DNA of 64,000 nt from Podarcis liolepis (taxonomy: Eukaryota), in assembly GCA_965112155.1 (NCBI GenBank), contig OZ218098.1, one strand, 5' to 3'. The notes beneath the pieces were generated by a model. That model did not search any database. It worked only from the letters and a program-made list of their open reading frames with translations, and was not told the origin of the DNA. Made by a program: the position numbers and the translations under genes. Shown piece by piece: positions 37,270 through 50,300 of the stretch. The number at the start of each line of letters is the position of its first letter. Positions within the stretch are counted from its first letter, which is position 1.

Positions 37270-37567
37270 GGCTTATCCACACTTGCCTTTCCTCTGCTCT
37301 TTCCAGGCACTTTAAAGCTCCATGTTCAAGCTCCTCTTCCTTCCCCGCCCCCAAGGTTTTCCCACAGAAACCCACTCTTTAGAGCTCAGTTGAAGCAAAC
37401 GTCAATCCACGGAAAACCTGAATTGACAATTGCTCCAGTCCAGCTTTCAAGAATGGGTTTTCATGCAGGAAGCTTGGGAATGGGGGAACACACACTTGGA
37501 TATTATGGCGTGTTAAAGCACAGACCTGTGCCTGGAAAGAGCAGGGCAAAAGGTAAGTGTGGATAAA
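37270..37567. mobile_element. Foldback MITE, same family as 57078-57393
   Basis: GGCTTATCCACACTTGCCTTT ... AAAAGGTAAGTGTGGATAA. Confidence 0.8.
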
Positions 37568-40103
37568 CATGAGTTGTGACTTGCAAAGGTTTCCATAGCT
37601 AAACCTGAGAATGTTATGGTTACTGACAAGGCTGAGAATTATTTTAGATGGTGACTCTGCCAGGTTTGAGGGGCTGCTGGGCAAGATGCCCTTAGGGGGC
37701 AGGATGTCCCACTGATGATGCTTTGTTAGCCCCTCCCACCATTATCACAACCCCACACCCCTACCCCGCCGCCATCCCTGTCTGTCTTGTCTGACTCTTT
37801 CCCTTCTGCCTTGGTCACTCATTCTACAAGTGTTGGTGGCAGAAAGGCTGATACTAACTAGCCCATTTCCTAAAGCAGGCATGGGTAATCACTGGCCTCT
37901 AGGCCAAATGGGACCACCAGAGGTCCTAACTTGGCCTGCAAGGGGCGTTTTTATCCATACAGTCACTCAGCAGACCCAGACCTGCTTAGCTCCAGCAAGG
38001 TGGTGGGTTCATGTATCTTCTGACCATACCCTGGGACAAAGCAAGTGGAGGGCTCTGCTCTCTCTCCTTCTACTTGCCATCGCTTGGATGCTCAGAGAAG
38101 GCAGGTGAGCAGGCTGCCCCAATGAGAGGAGGAGGACTAGGAGGTTCTAGAGAGTAGACAAGTATATGGGCTTCAGCAGATGTACATTGAAACCTACTAC
38201 TCCTGACACCAGCCCTGAGTTGAGTTCAGATGGGCCCAGGTGACTTTTGTATGCAGAGAGCTGCCAGGTAAGCACTAAGGTGTTATGGTGATAGGAGAAA
38301 CTTGAGCTGCCAATTGTCTGACTGCCAATAGAGTTTTCTGAAGGCGTGGGGAACCTTTTGAGGTCAGGTATTGGTACAGCTGCCAGATTCAGCAGAACAG
38401 GTGTGGGGAACCTTTGGCCCTCAGACTACATCTCCCATCATCCTTGGCCATTGACCTTGCTGGCTGGGGCTGCTGGGAGTTGTAGTTCAGCAAAACATCT
38501 GGAGGTCCACAGGTTCCCGATACCTGGAGTTTAAGGAAGAGTCACGTTGTGTAGAGAGAAGATATACAGCATGATGTACAAAGAGCCCCACAAGGTGGAA
38601 ACCTCCCTCTTACACAACTATTAAATGCACAGCAGCCCAGTCCTCTGCAGAAGCTGGTAGCTTTGTCCTCAGCACCAAGAGAATGGTGGCAGGGTGTGGA
38701 AAAATGCTCCACAGGAATCTGGGATCGTCACTCATCCTTACGCAACACATGCTCACCATCTTGCTATGCTTTTGCTGCTACACGGTTAGAAAAGTGACAC
38801 AGAATCTCCCAGGCAGCTGCCACCTGCATTATGCAGATTGTGGGTGGTTGGGAATTTTGATCATATGTATGAGCTTGTGCTAGCCTTGTCTCGGCTGAAC
38901 AGAAATGGTGTAGTCCTGCTCTAAAACAGATGATTTGTAGACAAATATGAGTGATGGCCATGATCTGAGCAAGAGGAAATTCTCCGGCTGGGAGAACAGG
39001 CCAGTTTCTATTGCCGATGTGAAACCCATGACCCAGCTGGTGTAGAGAACTCAGTACCTCACTCCTCCACCTTTGATCAAGCACTGTCATTAGTGAGTTA
39101 TAAGCACCTTTTGCATCTCCCCTCAAATTGAGTCATTAGAGGCTCGAGTCAGGAGTCCCTGTTTTTTAAAACCGCCAAAGGGAGCACTTTGCCGTGTAAT
39201 TAAAGCCTTCTTGTCTATTAACCTGCGTCTCTCTCGCTCCCTCTGTTCACCTGGACTGGTAACTCGCTAGGCTGTTCACAGATCGAGGTGGTTGTGGGAG
39301 GGCTGGGAATATTGAGACACAGGAGCATGGGCTGGTTCTCTCCCCCTTTGACAAATCGTAAACAAGGATCTGAATCAAACTGCAAAGCTGATTGCTGTGT
39401 TGACAAGAAAAAAGCAGAGAGTTATTTATAGGAAACAATATCCTGGCACTGTGTATGTCATAGTAAATGTACAGTACAGTTCTTAACTTATAAAGTCCTG
39501 GACAACTTAGGACCAGGTGATCTGAAAAAATGCCTTTCCCCATACTGAGCTGCCCATTTACCGAGATCTTGGGAGGGTCCCCTGTTAGTTATGCTGCAGC
39601 CTACAGAAGCTCATCTCTCAGCAACTTGGAGGAGGGCCTTCTCCATGCTGGCCCCCAGTCTGTGAAATGAACTCCCCACAAAGATATGGCAGGCACCTGC
39701 TGTGGTGAGCTTCTGCCAGCTGTTAAAAACCTATCTGTGTACTTAAGTTTTCTCTCATCTCTATAAACAGTTGAACAGTTCATGGCTACTGTATTCAATA
39801 TGTGTTATTTTTATAGGATTGTTTCTATTGCATACGGAATTGTTTTTTGAATTATTGATTTATTATATTTGTTTGTCACTTTTCTCACAGAGGGACCCAA
39901 AGCAACTTACATAAAAACCAGATAAGGACATCCAATGGGGTGGGGGATCTAAAAACACAACTAAATGAATTTGCATGGAATTATTTTATTGTACACCATC
40001 TTGATGTTATTTTAATGGAAGGCAATATAGAAATATTTTAAAGAAATAAATGCAGTCCAAAATGCAGAGATCATGGACAATTATGAGGGAACACCTTCCA
40101 GTT

Positions 40104-40241
40104 CATAGAATCACAGAATTGGAAGGGACCACGAGGGTCATCTAGTCCAGCCCCCTTCAATGCAGGAATCTTTGGCCCAGTATGGGGTGCAAAGCCACAG
40201 TGCTGAGATTAAAAGCCTCATGCTTTACTGACTGAGCTATC
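40104..40241 (-). mobile_element. tRNA-Lys-derived SINE with CR1-type 3' tail
   Basis: Minus strand reads TAGCTCAGTCAGTAAAGCATGAGGCTTTTAATCTCAG (tRNA-Lys-like), joined to GGACTAGATGACC...CCCTTCCAATTCTGTGATTCTATG (CR1 terminus). Confidence 0.8.
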
Positions 40242-41544
40242 TGAAACATCTGTAGCTATTAAACATCCAAGTCACCAAATTAGAAGAACATAAATGAAAG
40301 TTCTGCCTGATACAGACATCTAATAAGATTCCCTTCTGTGCAATATGGAAATGCCCCTGAGACACTCACCTGGTGCCAAATTTGCTTTCAGTCTGCTCCC
40401 AGGCACAAACATTTTTATTTGTCTGGACTTTTAATAAGAAATAGTAGCTTGTTGTATAATATTTATAACTCTTTTGTTTAATATTTATGCTGCCTTTTTT
40501 TACTCATCACATATTGTGTGAATATGACAAATTATGGGCAAATTAAGCCTGAAAATTCTGATGTAGACCTTAGCATTTGGACAATAACCTAATGGATAAT
40601 TGCCAACAACATTCAACACAAGTGGTTTGGGAATCTGGTCTTTAGATAGATTCAGCTTTCTTGCTTTCTTTTTAAAAAAGAGGTAAATACGTAGTTATCT
40701 AGCCTTCATGATAACAAAACTTCAAAACTGGGGGGCTGTGCAAGGCTTCCAGTGGTGATGGTGGACTTGTTCAATTTGCTTATGGAAGTTAAGAAGTAAA
40801 GACTTTAAATTATGTGTTTTAACTCTCTTTGTAGCCCTTTCTATATTGACCCAGGGTACTTGTCTGTAATTCAGCATAGTGCTAAGTGGGGTATGCTTCC
40901 GGAGAATGAGGTCCACTCACATAATGGCACTTTCCCACCATTTGCTAATTTAGGGCATTGGGGGTGGGGTGAGGGGGGGTCCCATTGCAGGAACAGGTCT
41001 CATTACACACATGCAACAACTTAGATGAATCGTGCCCTTTGTCTCAAAAAGGTAGAAACTTATATGGATTACTTTCTTCTGTTCATTTTGTAAGGATTCC
41101 TTTCTAAAAACTCAGGGTAAAAGAATATTCATAAGGGGCAAGGAAGAGTCTGTTTATAGAATGCAAATACAAAACAAGGTAGTTCAGTAGGGTATTTTCC
41201 ATAAAAAATGCACTATACACTGGAAACTTCATAACCAACATGGAAGTAGTTTGGCTAGTGAAATACAAATTGAACATACTTATGTAGCTTCAGCCTGGGA
41301 TGTTCTAGCTCTAAGAACAATCACGATTTGGAAGCAGCTTTCAAGGGAGATTGCAAAGTTTGCCTTGCTAAAAGGTTTCCTTTTTTCCTCTGCAGTTTGC
41401 AGTATCAGCTCCAGAGATAGTTGCAGCAGTGGGTGTTGCCCATCCTGGATGTTGACATTCGCTTTCTAAGAAAAAATGTTAGCTTTTAAGGTCACTCTGG
41501 TGTACGTGGTGATGGCACCACTGACTTGTCTGTTTTCTTCCCAG

Positions 41545-41807
41545 CTCCTTATCCAACGAGATTCTGGGCCTGAAGTTGCCATTGGAACCTGTGCTTAATG
41601 CCAACACGGTGTGCCTGACCTTGCCTGGTCTGACACGGCGACAACTGGAGGTGTGCGTGCGGAATCCGGACGTGACGGCTTCTGCCATTCAAGGCATCCA
41701 GATCGCCATCCACGAGTGCCAACACCAGTTCCGCGATCAGCGCTGGAATTGCTCGAGCCTGGAGACCAAGAACAAGATCCCCTATGAAAGCATCATCTTC
41801 AGCAGAG
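41545..41807 (+). CDS. WNT10A: Wnt-10a, coding exon 2
   Basis: Acceptor tgttttcttcccag ending 41544, donor GAG|GTTAGA at 41808. Translates [29 protein letters not shown]...[35 protein letters not shown], typical of Wnt10a. 263 nt. Confidence 0.97.
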
Positions 41808-42085
41808 GTTAGAGTTCTCTTCCTGCCATTGGCTCTGTGAAAGCTCTGAGCAGGCAAAAATGATCACATCCTTGTGGGCGCTTGGCTGGCTAAAAATCTG
41901 AGAGCAATGAAAGAAATGATGGAATGGGGATTTGTTGAATCTGGTACCATGTTCCTGGGTTTTAAGGCAAGCTCATGAATACCTGTGATACAGAGGTTTC
42001 CACATGTGCTTTATTGTGAAATGGAAATCTGATAGTTTGATCACATTGAAAAAGAATCTTAGATTTGGACAGAGGTGGGCTGACA

Positions 42086-42117
42086 TTTGTTTGTTTGTTT
42101 GTTTGTTTGTTTGTTTG
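42086..42117. repeat. (TTTG)8 microsatellite
   Basis: Direct reading of the sequence. Confidence 0.9.
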
Positions 42118-43076
42118 ACTACAATTTAGTGGCTGGATTTACAATTCAGGGGTGTGTTCTTGGGAACTGTCTGTTTACATTAAACTGAATTGGTCTTGTG
42201 GATGTTCTTCTGTTTCTGAACCTGCCTTGCTGGATTTCATCAAGGTTCAGCATTCTTTGCAAGAATCCCAGCTGCTAGAAGGCACTTGAATAAACCAAAA
42301 TCCTGTTATCCCACAGCAAGCTTCAATGTGCTTGTGACAGTTTTGAGGAGCAGTGGCCCTGCCTAACTCTAGCTGATTGGTAGAGCTATATGGAGGGGGA
42401 TGAGATGCATCATAGAAGCCTAGAGGTGTTCAGCACTATCACTCTTTCTTTAGCCTCAAGACATACCAAACCCATTCTTAGCTACAAAGCAATATGAAAG
42501 CTTTGTTCAGAATATTGCATAGCAGAGGACAAAGGTAAGAAGACCTTAGGAATTTCAGATTGTTATCAAATGGAAAGCCCTAAGGAAATATTTCGCTACT
42601 AACTGAATGAAACAATTTCCACACACAGGCTTTCACAAGTGGGTGGAACTTACTGCTGCATAATATTATGCATAGTATGAGAATTCAAGATTAAAAGGAG
42701 TGCAGAAGGACTATTTGCTTTGCATGCACACTGTTGACACTAATCACCCAAAGGAGGGAGACTTTGTTTGCTGTGTGCTCGCCGTGTCTTGATTCAAAAT
42801 GGTGCTTGGCATCCAAACATTGGCATGAACCCCACCTCAGGAAGCCTCATCCCGAGTTTGGCAACGTTGTCTTGAGATGCGGCCAAAACTATGTCACACG
42901 GAAATCATGTTTAGGTCCACCATTTGATTCAAAATGGCAACCAGCATCCAAACATCAACAGTGAGCTCTAACTCCACCTCTGAAACACTTGTTCCAACTT
43001 GTTTGGTGGCAATATCTCAAGAGGTGTCCAATGCATAGAAAACAAACAGACAAGCCACTTTCCAAAATATATAGTA

Positions 43077-43187
43077 CAGGGATGTCCAACCAGTAGATCG
43101 CTAGCTACCAGTAGATTCCCAGAGGATCCTGGCAGATCGCAGGATACTGGGATTAGATCACAGTCTCTTGGGAGTTGGACATGCCTG
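43077..43187. mobile_element. hAT (Charlie-like) MITE
   Basis: TIRs CAGGGATGTCCAAC / GTTGGACATGCCTG and perfect 8-bp TSD ATATAGTA. Confidence 0.88.
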
Positions 43188-44557
43188 ATATAGTAGATTG
43201 GTTCTGAACTGTCATGGCTTCCCCCAAGGAATCCTGGCAATGTTACATTTCTGAAGGTTCTGATACTTGTCTCTTAGGGATCCCTATCCCTGAATACCCC
43301 CCCCCCAATTCCCTGCTTTCTCTCAAGAGAAGGAACGACTGTCAGCTGAAGACTGTACCCCTATACACATTTATCTGGGCTCAAGGCCTGTTGGGCTTAC
43401 TTCATAGTAAATTTGCTATAGGCTTGTGCTGTAAATTCTCTAATCCATTGTGACTGTGCAGGCCCTGCCCCAGTCTGTTGTAAAAGCTAGGCAGCATCCT
43501 CTATTCTGCTTTACCCTCCATTGTCCAGTACCATTGCCCTCCAGAAAGCGTATGAAGCCATTCCTCCTAATGATCAGGACCATACAAAGCTACTAAGTTT
43601 TTGCCCTTTCCTGTTGCTTTTCCCTGAATCGTGGAGCAAGAATTTGACTCCTCAATCGAAATAGAGCCTGTTTGAGGGGAATTCCATAACGTTCCCTGGA
43701 CCTTGACAAGGATGTGCGTGTGCAGAGTGATGGCAAGGGGCAGATACACGAGTCCCTTGTCACCTGCATTAATGCTGCTTGTAAGGGTGAGGGTGAATTG
43801 TGTCTCGCTGCGTCTCACCTGGGAATTTCTGTTGCTTACGAGGATGGTTCTTGGTAACCTAAAGTGACAGATCCCTTGAATCTTTCATGCCTCTTCCCAC
43901 ATCCGCTGCCATCAGCCCAGCCATGCATGCTCCTCACTTTAAATAATTTGTAGATCACTCCATTCCTCCCCATACCAGTCCCTGATCTTTTACGCCTCAT
44001 CTTCTCTTCCAACCAAGTGAGAGAGAAAAAGAGAGGGAGGGAGAGAGAAAGCCCCACCAGTCTCTCAAGGCTGAAGAACTGGCTGCAGAAAGCTTGTCTC
44101 CTTCCAACCCTGGCTCAGCTAGGTGGACTGAACTGAATGGATGCCCATGTTCTGGTAACAAGACCCTCTAAAGACTTGGTAGAAGGTAGATGTGAAGCAG
44201 TTTTGTAGTGTGGGAACAAAGATGCTTGATATAAATGCTTGTGTCTTGCCAGATCCAATAAAATAAGGGTGCATCTTGATTATTATTTCTCCCTGGTAAA
44301 CTGTTGCAGAAAAATCACAATAGAAGCTGATACACTGCATACTGCACATCATGGAAATATAGATTTTTTTTGGCCATTCTTAATGCATTGCTTCCTGGAT
44401 CCCCCAACTTCTATTAATGCCAAGCATTTCCTTAATTCAACCTGTCATTATGCATACTACTTCTGGACAGAAGTCTCTCTCTCTCTCCTTCCTTCCTTCC
44501 TCCCTCCCTCCCTCCGATAACCCCCAAAGGGGGTGGGGGTGCTCACTGAAGCATCTG

Positions 44558-44757
44558 CAGGGCTGGTCCACCCATGAGGCAAGGTGAAGCGACTGCCTCA
44601 GGTGGCAGAATCCACTGAGGCAGCAGATCCCAATGTTAGTCTTTCTTTCCCCCTTTGTTCCTGATGTAGATCCTCCCCTACCTCTTTTTCCCTGTTGGGA
44701 AGGGAAGCATCATTTTGGGGTCTGCCTCAGGTGCCAAAATGTATTGGGCCAACCCTG
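44558..44757. mobile_element. hAT-type MITE
   Basis: Termini CAGGGCTGGTCC / GGGCCAACCCTG; flanks AGCATCTG and AGCCTCTA (6/8). Confidence 0.7.
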
Positions 44758-47076
44758 AGCCTCTAAGTATGATCTGTGGAGGAGAAATGGTGGACAGAGC
44801 AAGGGTTAAGCATTCCCTCTTCCTACCATTTCTCCATTCTAAATTCGACTTCCCTCAGCCTGCCTTCTTTTTCTTTCTTTCTTTTTTTAAATGGTACACA
44901 TTTGCATGTAGCATATAGCTAACCTTTTACATTCCAATGTTTGGGGGGCAAGGAATAAAGTATAGTTGCATTCCGACCTCAGATGCTATTGTCAGCAAGA
45001 GGACCATGTGGTCCCAATGAAATGTGGCCAGATTCTTCCAGCCTGGAGAGTCACAGCTTGGAAAGTTTTGGCAGCTCTAGGGTCTGTAATGTTAAGAAAG
45101 GTCCCCTCCAGACAGCAGCAGTGCACTCATATTCGGGAAGCATTTCAGAACAACTAATAAAGCCGAATGGTGTGTGAACAAACCAGTATGAATCTACCAA
45201 CGAAGTTAAGGTTGAAGAATCATTGCTTTGACACTGGTGATCTTTGCTTCTTTCAGTACACTGACATTAGTTTACCTGTCTTCCCAAGTGATGTGTACAA
45301 TTTTTGGGAGATACTGTTGATGGAATACTTCGAGGAGTTGGAGATGGTATTTATAAGTGGTCCATGTTTTGCAAGTGTACAGTAAAGTTGGTGTTACAAT
45401 GGCTTTCTAAACAAGCATTTTGGTTTCCCTGTGAATGTCCTGATCCTCAAACACTCTGCACTTCAATTGGAGAACAACCTTTACCAAAGGTGTCATGGAC
45501 TTTGAAGAAACACGAACGCAGGGCGAAAAGGAGAAACGAGCTAAGAGGAAGGCACTTTTGGCAAACCCACACCGTGATCAACTCTCACATGAAACCTATG
45601 TCCCCACGGTGGAAGGACGTGTGGATCCAGAATTGGCCTCCACAGTCACGAACTCACTGTTAAGACTGTTTTCATGAAAGACAATCTTACTCAGCTACGA
45701 GTGATCTCCAAAGAGAAAGAAAGAGATGAATCTACCACTAATGTACTGTTATTGTGCCAATGGTATGTTGCAGAAAACCACCAGTCTAGAGGGTCCCTCA
45801 AGTTCTACGTCTTTTGGTGCACATCACTTGGCATGTTCTGCAGCATGATGTTGAAGATCATTAGCTGGACATGAGTTTGACACAAGCTTAGTCGGGATAG
45901 TGAAAGAATGGATTCCCTCGTATGTGGGAGTAGAGGACAGGAAGATCAGTCAAAATATTCTGCTCTCTTTCTCCCTATCTACTTTAGATTTGTCAGTTAT
46001 TCAACTGTATAATGTTTGTTTTTAGGAAGCCCATGAAGAGATGAATAATCCTCCTATTGCTTTCTTCCTTTTCCCCAGCCTGGGGGAGCTTATGATTAAT
46101 TCTCCTCCTCTTAACATTTCTACCTTTTCTCATAAGAAACTAACAATTTCCAGCTCCCAGCTATACTTCTATCTGATTAAGGTACTTAAAACATTACTGC
46201 TATTAAATCCTGTCCAGAGAATCTGTTTAATAGTTCCTTGATTCCTTGGGCTCTTGCCAGTGCCAGTTTAAATGTTACATTACTCTCTACAGAGCAGGAT
46301 CCCAGCCAACCAAGGCCTTCTCTGCAACATCCTAAATCTTCCCAAAGTGCCCGCCAGCTGCCTGCAAATGGGATTAGGGTCCCTCAAAATTCTCTGAAAA
46401 TCAGGACATGGTGGCTGTTACCACACGACTTAGGAGCAGTGGCTATCTTTCTAAGCCCAGTGTAGCTGTGGAAGTTGGTGATAAAGCCAGTGCACTGACA
46501 ATCACAATGCTTTCTGGGAGGCACAAGGATAGGACAGGGTAGAATGGAAGAGTTTGTGACATGCAATGTGTGCTTATGAGATCTTTCCTGTGTGGCATGG
46601 AAGCAAGTGTAAAAGGATGCGCAAGTGAGTCACACTTACTCACAAATGTATCTTCACACAAGACAATGGAACCATAGAATATGCACAACCCACTTGTATA
46701 TATCTTGTTAGCACCTCATTTTCACATGCAAACCCACCTTTGTGTCAGGAGGGGGGGTGTCATTTGTCTGTGTCCATCTTTTAACAAAGATGGACAGGTC
46801 AGGTCAGGTCAAAAAGAGAACTATTAGGCTGAGCTGAGGGGCTCCCAAAATATGTTTCAGCACAGGGCTTGTCCTTGATTCTCATTGTTAGGCTATTCCC
46901 CCCTGAACTCTTTTGCAGTCTTATAATGCTAAAACTTCTGCCTAGCCATGGATCCAGAATTCACTGGTTCTCAGCCTCAGTGCCTTATCTGTAAAATGGG
47001 TTGATTATGACCTACATATATCTCAGGTTTGTTATGATGCAAAAGAAATTGACCATTGGCAGTGTTTAAGCATATA

Positions 47077-47317
47077 CAGTGGTACCTCAGGTTACAGACG
47101 CTTCAGGTTACAGACACTTCGGTTACAGACTCCACTAACCTAGAAATAGTACCTCGGGTTAAGAACTTTGCTTCAGGATGAGAACAGAAATCGTGTGGTG
47201 GCGGCGCGGCTGCAGCGGGAGACCCCATTAACTAAAGTGGTACCTCAGGTTAAGAACAGTTTCAGGTTAAGAACAGACCTCCAGAACGAATTAAGTTCTT
47301 AACCCGAGGTACCACTG
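47077..47317. mobile_element. Tc1/mariner-superfamily (Tigger/pogo-like) MITE, second copy
   Basis: TIRs CAGTGGTACCTC(A)GGTTA...TAACCCGAGGTACCACTG, TA target duplication, and internal CAGGTTA repeats. Confidence 0.88.
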
Positions 47318-50300
47318 TATAGTTAACAGTGGGTGGGATTCACCTAAGCATAATGGGACTCTCCCCTCCCCCTGCATGCCCCCAATGCCCCTGAAATTGG
47401 CTTGGAGAAAGGGCATGCTGAGGGAGGAGAGGGGAACGCTTTTGCAGATGGAAAAATTGGAAGAGCGACATTGAATTCCACCTAGGAAGTCCTGCAAAGA
47501 GGAGGCTGTCTCTTACCTCCCTAGCACAGCCCTCTGCAGCTAGAGCGATCAAGGTCTCAGGGGCTGCTTTGGAAGATGGAGGGAGGCAAGTTAAGATCCG
47601 CAGCAGAGAGCTCAAGGTCTGGCGTGTTGCCAGTCCCTGGCGGGTTCACCTGCAGTTTAATTAGGGAACGAGGGAGATGGGGCAGAGGAGAGGGAAAGGG
47701 AGGCATGTTTCAACTGGCTGGCTGCATAGCCTTTGGAGGAGTTGGGAAGGGGGAAGCAGTAGGCAGCAGCACTTGGGACATGGCAGACTCTCCCTGCACC
47801 CTGGGCAGGAAATCATCCAAGTTTTGACATTGCCGGAGGAACCGTGGAACTAACTGAGGAGCCCTCTGTTACTAGGGCACACTGCAGTCAGTTCAGATGC
47901 TGTGTATACCAAGAGGAACTCCATTGGAGAGACGTTTTAGCAATTAGTTGTAGAGGAACAGAAAATCAGATTTACCTTTGTGTGCTCAAAACTTTATCAT
48001 ATAGCAACATCTAATTATTTTGCAGGATTTATGCAGGTGTGTAGTTTTTCCTCTGCATTTTTGTAGCTCTGTGGGAACTTCCAGCAGTATTATATTCTCT
48101 TGTAATTGTCGTACATTGTGTCAACAAGATGTTCACAGTATGAATTTCCTTACCTACATATTTAGCAGACAAAAGACACTTGCAAAAACAGCCTCTCCTA
48201 GCAGGCTGTTCATGTTGGTGAAGCTCCTTTACAGCCCATTGCAAAGTGAGGATCTGTTGGAAACGGGATGGTGGCAGATGGCCTGCTGTATTCTATGAAA
48301 GAGACATGTGCAGTGTGGTCTAAATTCTGCTGTGCTGGCAGATGACAGTGCTATGCCTATGCAGTTATGGCATTTTGCACTTGCAATACAAAATGCAGGT
48401 GTAAGGAGCAAACATTGGGCCAAATAGGCATGAGAAGATATGTGAAGCTAAGCCCTGGTTCTGAGCTCCCTCAAAAGTTGGTTCCACCATGTTGTAATGA
48501 CACTTATGCTCTATATGCCCACCCTGTGAAAATGTACTGGAGGATAGGATTGTGATTCATTTGGGAGCAAATCATGCACAGGAGTATACATGTAAAGGCA
48601 TTCAACTTGTATATTAAGCTGCATGGCATGTATGTGATGTTGTAGCATGGGGCTACATCAGTCTGCCCCCATGTCTAGAAGGTTGCAGTTACCCAAGTGA
48701 GAACTTGGTGGAGATTTTCCACAGGCATTTGGTTGAGCACTGGGAGTACAGGATGCTTGACTAGATGTGCCATTGGCCTGATCCAGCAGGTGCTTCTTGT
48801 GTTCTTAAGGGGAGCACTTTTGCACAAACAGCCAAGGCAACGACAAATATGAAAAGAGCAAATGATGACACTTGTCCTCCCTCAGAACGTTACAGGTCCT
48901 CCTGCTGCAGAGATGAACTGTTACACCCTGGCTGCATTCGGGGCTGCAGGAACAGAGCAAGGTAAGCAAGACAAGACCTTGGTCAGGAAAGTGGCACCTA
49001 TGCTTCAGAGTATGACTCCTGAATATCCTATATACCCCTCTCCCTTGAGCAGCCCAAGAAGTCCTGAACACTCAAAAGCACCCAGGAGCACAAAGTCTCC
49101 CTTTGCAATGTGGCTTAAAGCGTACTGGCTTAACAGCCTGCTCTTGCTCTGAAAGGTTGTGGCTGTGTCTCCCACACAGGGCAATAATGCACTCTGCAGG
49201 CCAGGGAGTTTTTGCAGACCACAACCCTCTTCTCTCTGTAGATCAGTTCCTGCAATATCCCGAGAAAGGCTATAGGGAACACACCCACATTTAGTGAACA
49301 CTGACCCCTCCACTCCACCCAAACACTAATGACACTTTCTTTTTTGTAGGAGCCGACTTGGGGATACACGAAGCAGAACAAACTTTAGCCAGAGACAGAG
49401 CTCCACGGCAGCTTCCTGCCCAGGATAGATGACTATTGTCTCAGGGATTGCATTATATTTCCCGAGAGGTGACATCGGGGGAACTGCTGATAGGAGAGTG
49501 GGGAGTGGGACTGGATGGCTGGCAACTTTAATGTGCCAGCTGCCCATGGACACCCAGTCACAGGAATTGCTTCTTGGCAGCTGTTGCTCCTTCTTAGATA
49601 CCATCTCCACCTCTGTGGAGATGGTCCTTCTACACTCCCAGAGGCAAAGATGTTTCTGCAACCAATGCCCAGCATGCTGTGTAGACCACAAGCAAGGCCT
49701 ATATCAGCAGTGACCTGCGGGGAAGTGGCTGTTCCAATGTGGGGTTTCCACCTTTTTTTCACCCCCGGACTTCCTGTCTCTTGGAATTGGGCTGCAGACA
49801 GGATTGTAGCAGGTGCCAGACGTACCCAGTGTGGAGGTTTAGTGGTGGGGGAAGCTGCCCTCTGCTGCTGGGCTGCCTGCCAGCCATCTAGTCCTCAAGA
49901 GGCATGGAGGTCATGCGCAAATAAAAAAAACTGTGCTTATGAGATGTTGTCAGAACTCCCTCCGCTGTTGATGCTGCTCAATAAAAGCGATGACTGTTTC
50001 AACTGCCTGTCTCTGTTTCCTGTTGGTCAGCTGATAGGTAAGCTGCACTTCTCAGCAATTCTGTATTTCAGACATCTTCAGGATGGGACATGCAGCAGGG
50101 GGAGACAGTATGTCCTGTGCTGCAGCTCCACCTGAACATTTTGTCTCCTCTTCCCATCTAAACTTATTGTTGCCAACAGGTTGCCCAAAGATGGACTTGA
50201 GTGGCTTGTAGTCACTACGTTTCCATTTTAGAAGTATGAGGGACAAACTCACCCGCTTCTGTTTCCCATTGTTTTACTCTTTCCCACTGAATTTACAGCC

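Noticed and set aside
40168-40241. tRNA-Lys gene on the minus strand
   Set aside because: The T-arm/B-box is heavily mutated and it is fused to a CR1 tail, so it is a SINE head.
49515-50135. 206-aa intronic ORF
   Set aside because: No recognisable motif or exon structure; consistent with a chance ORF.
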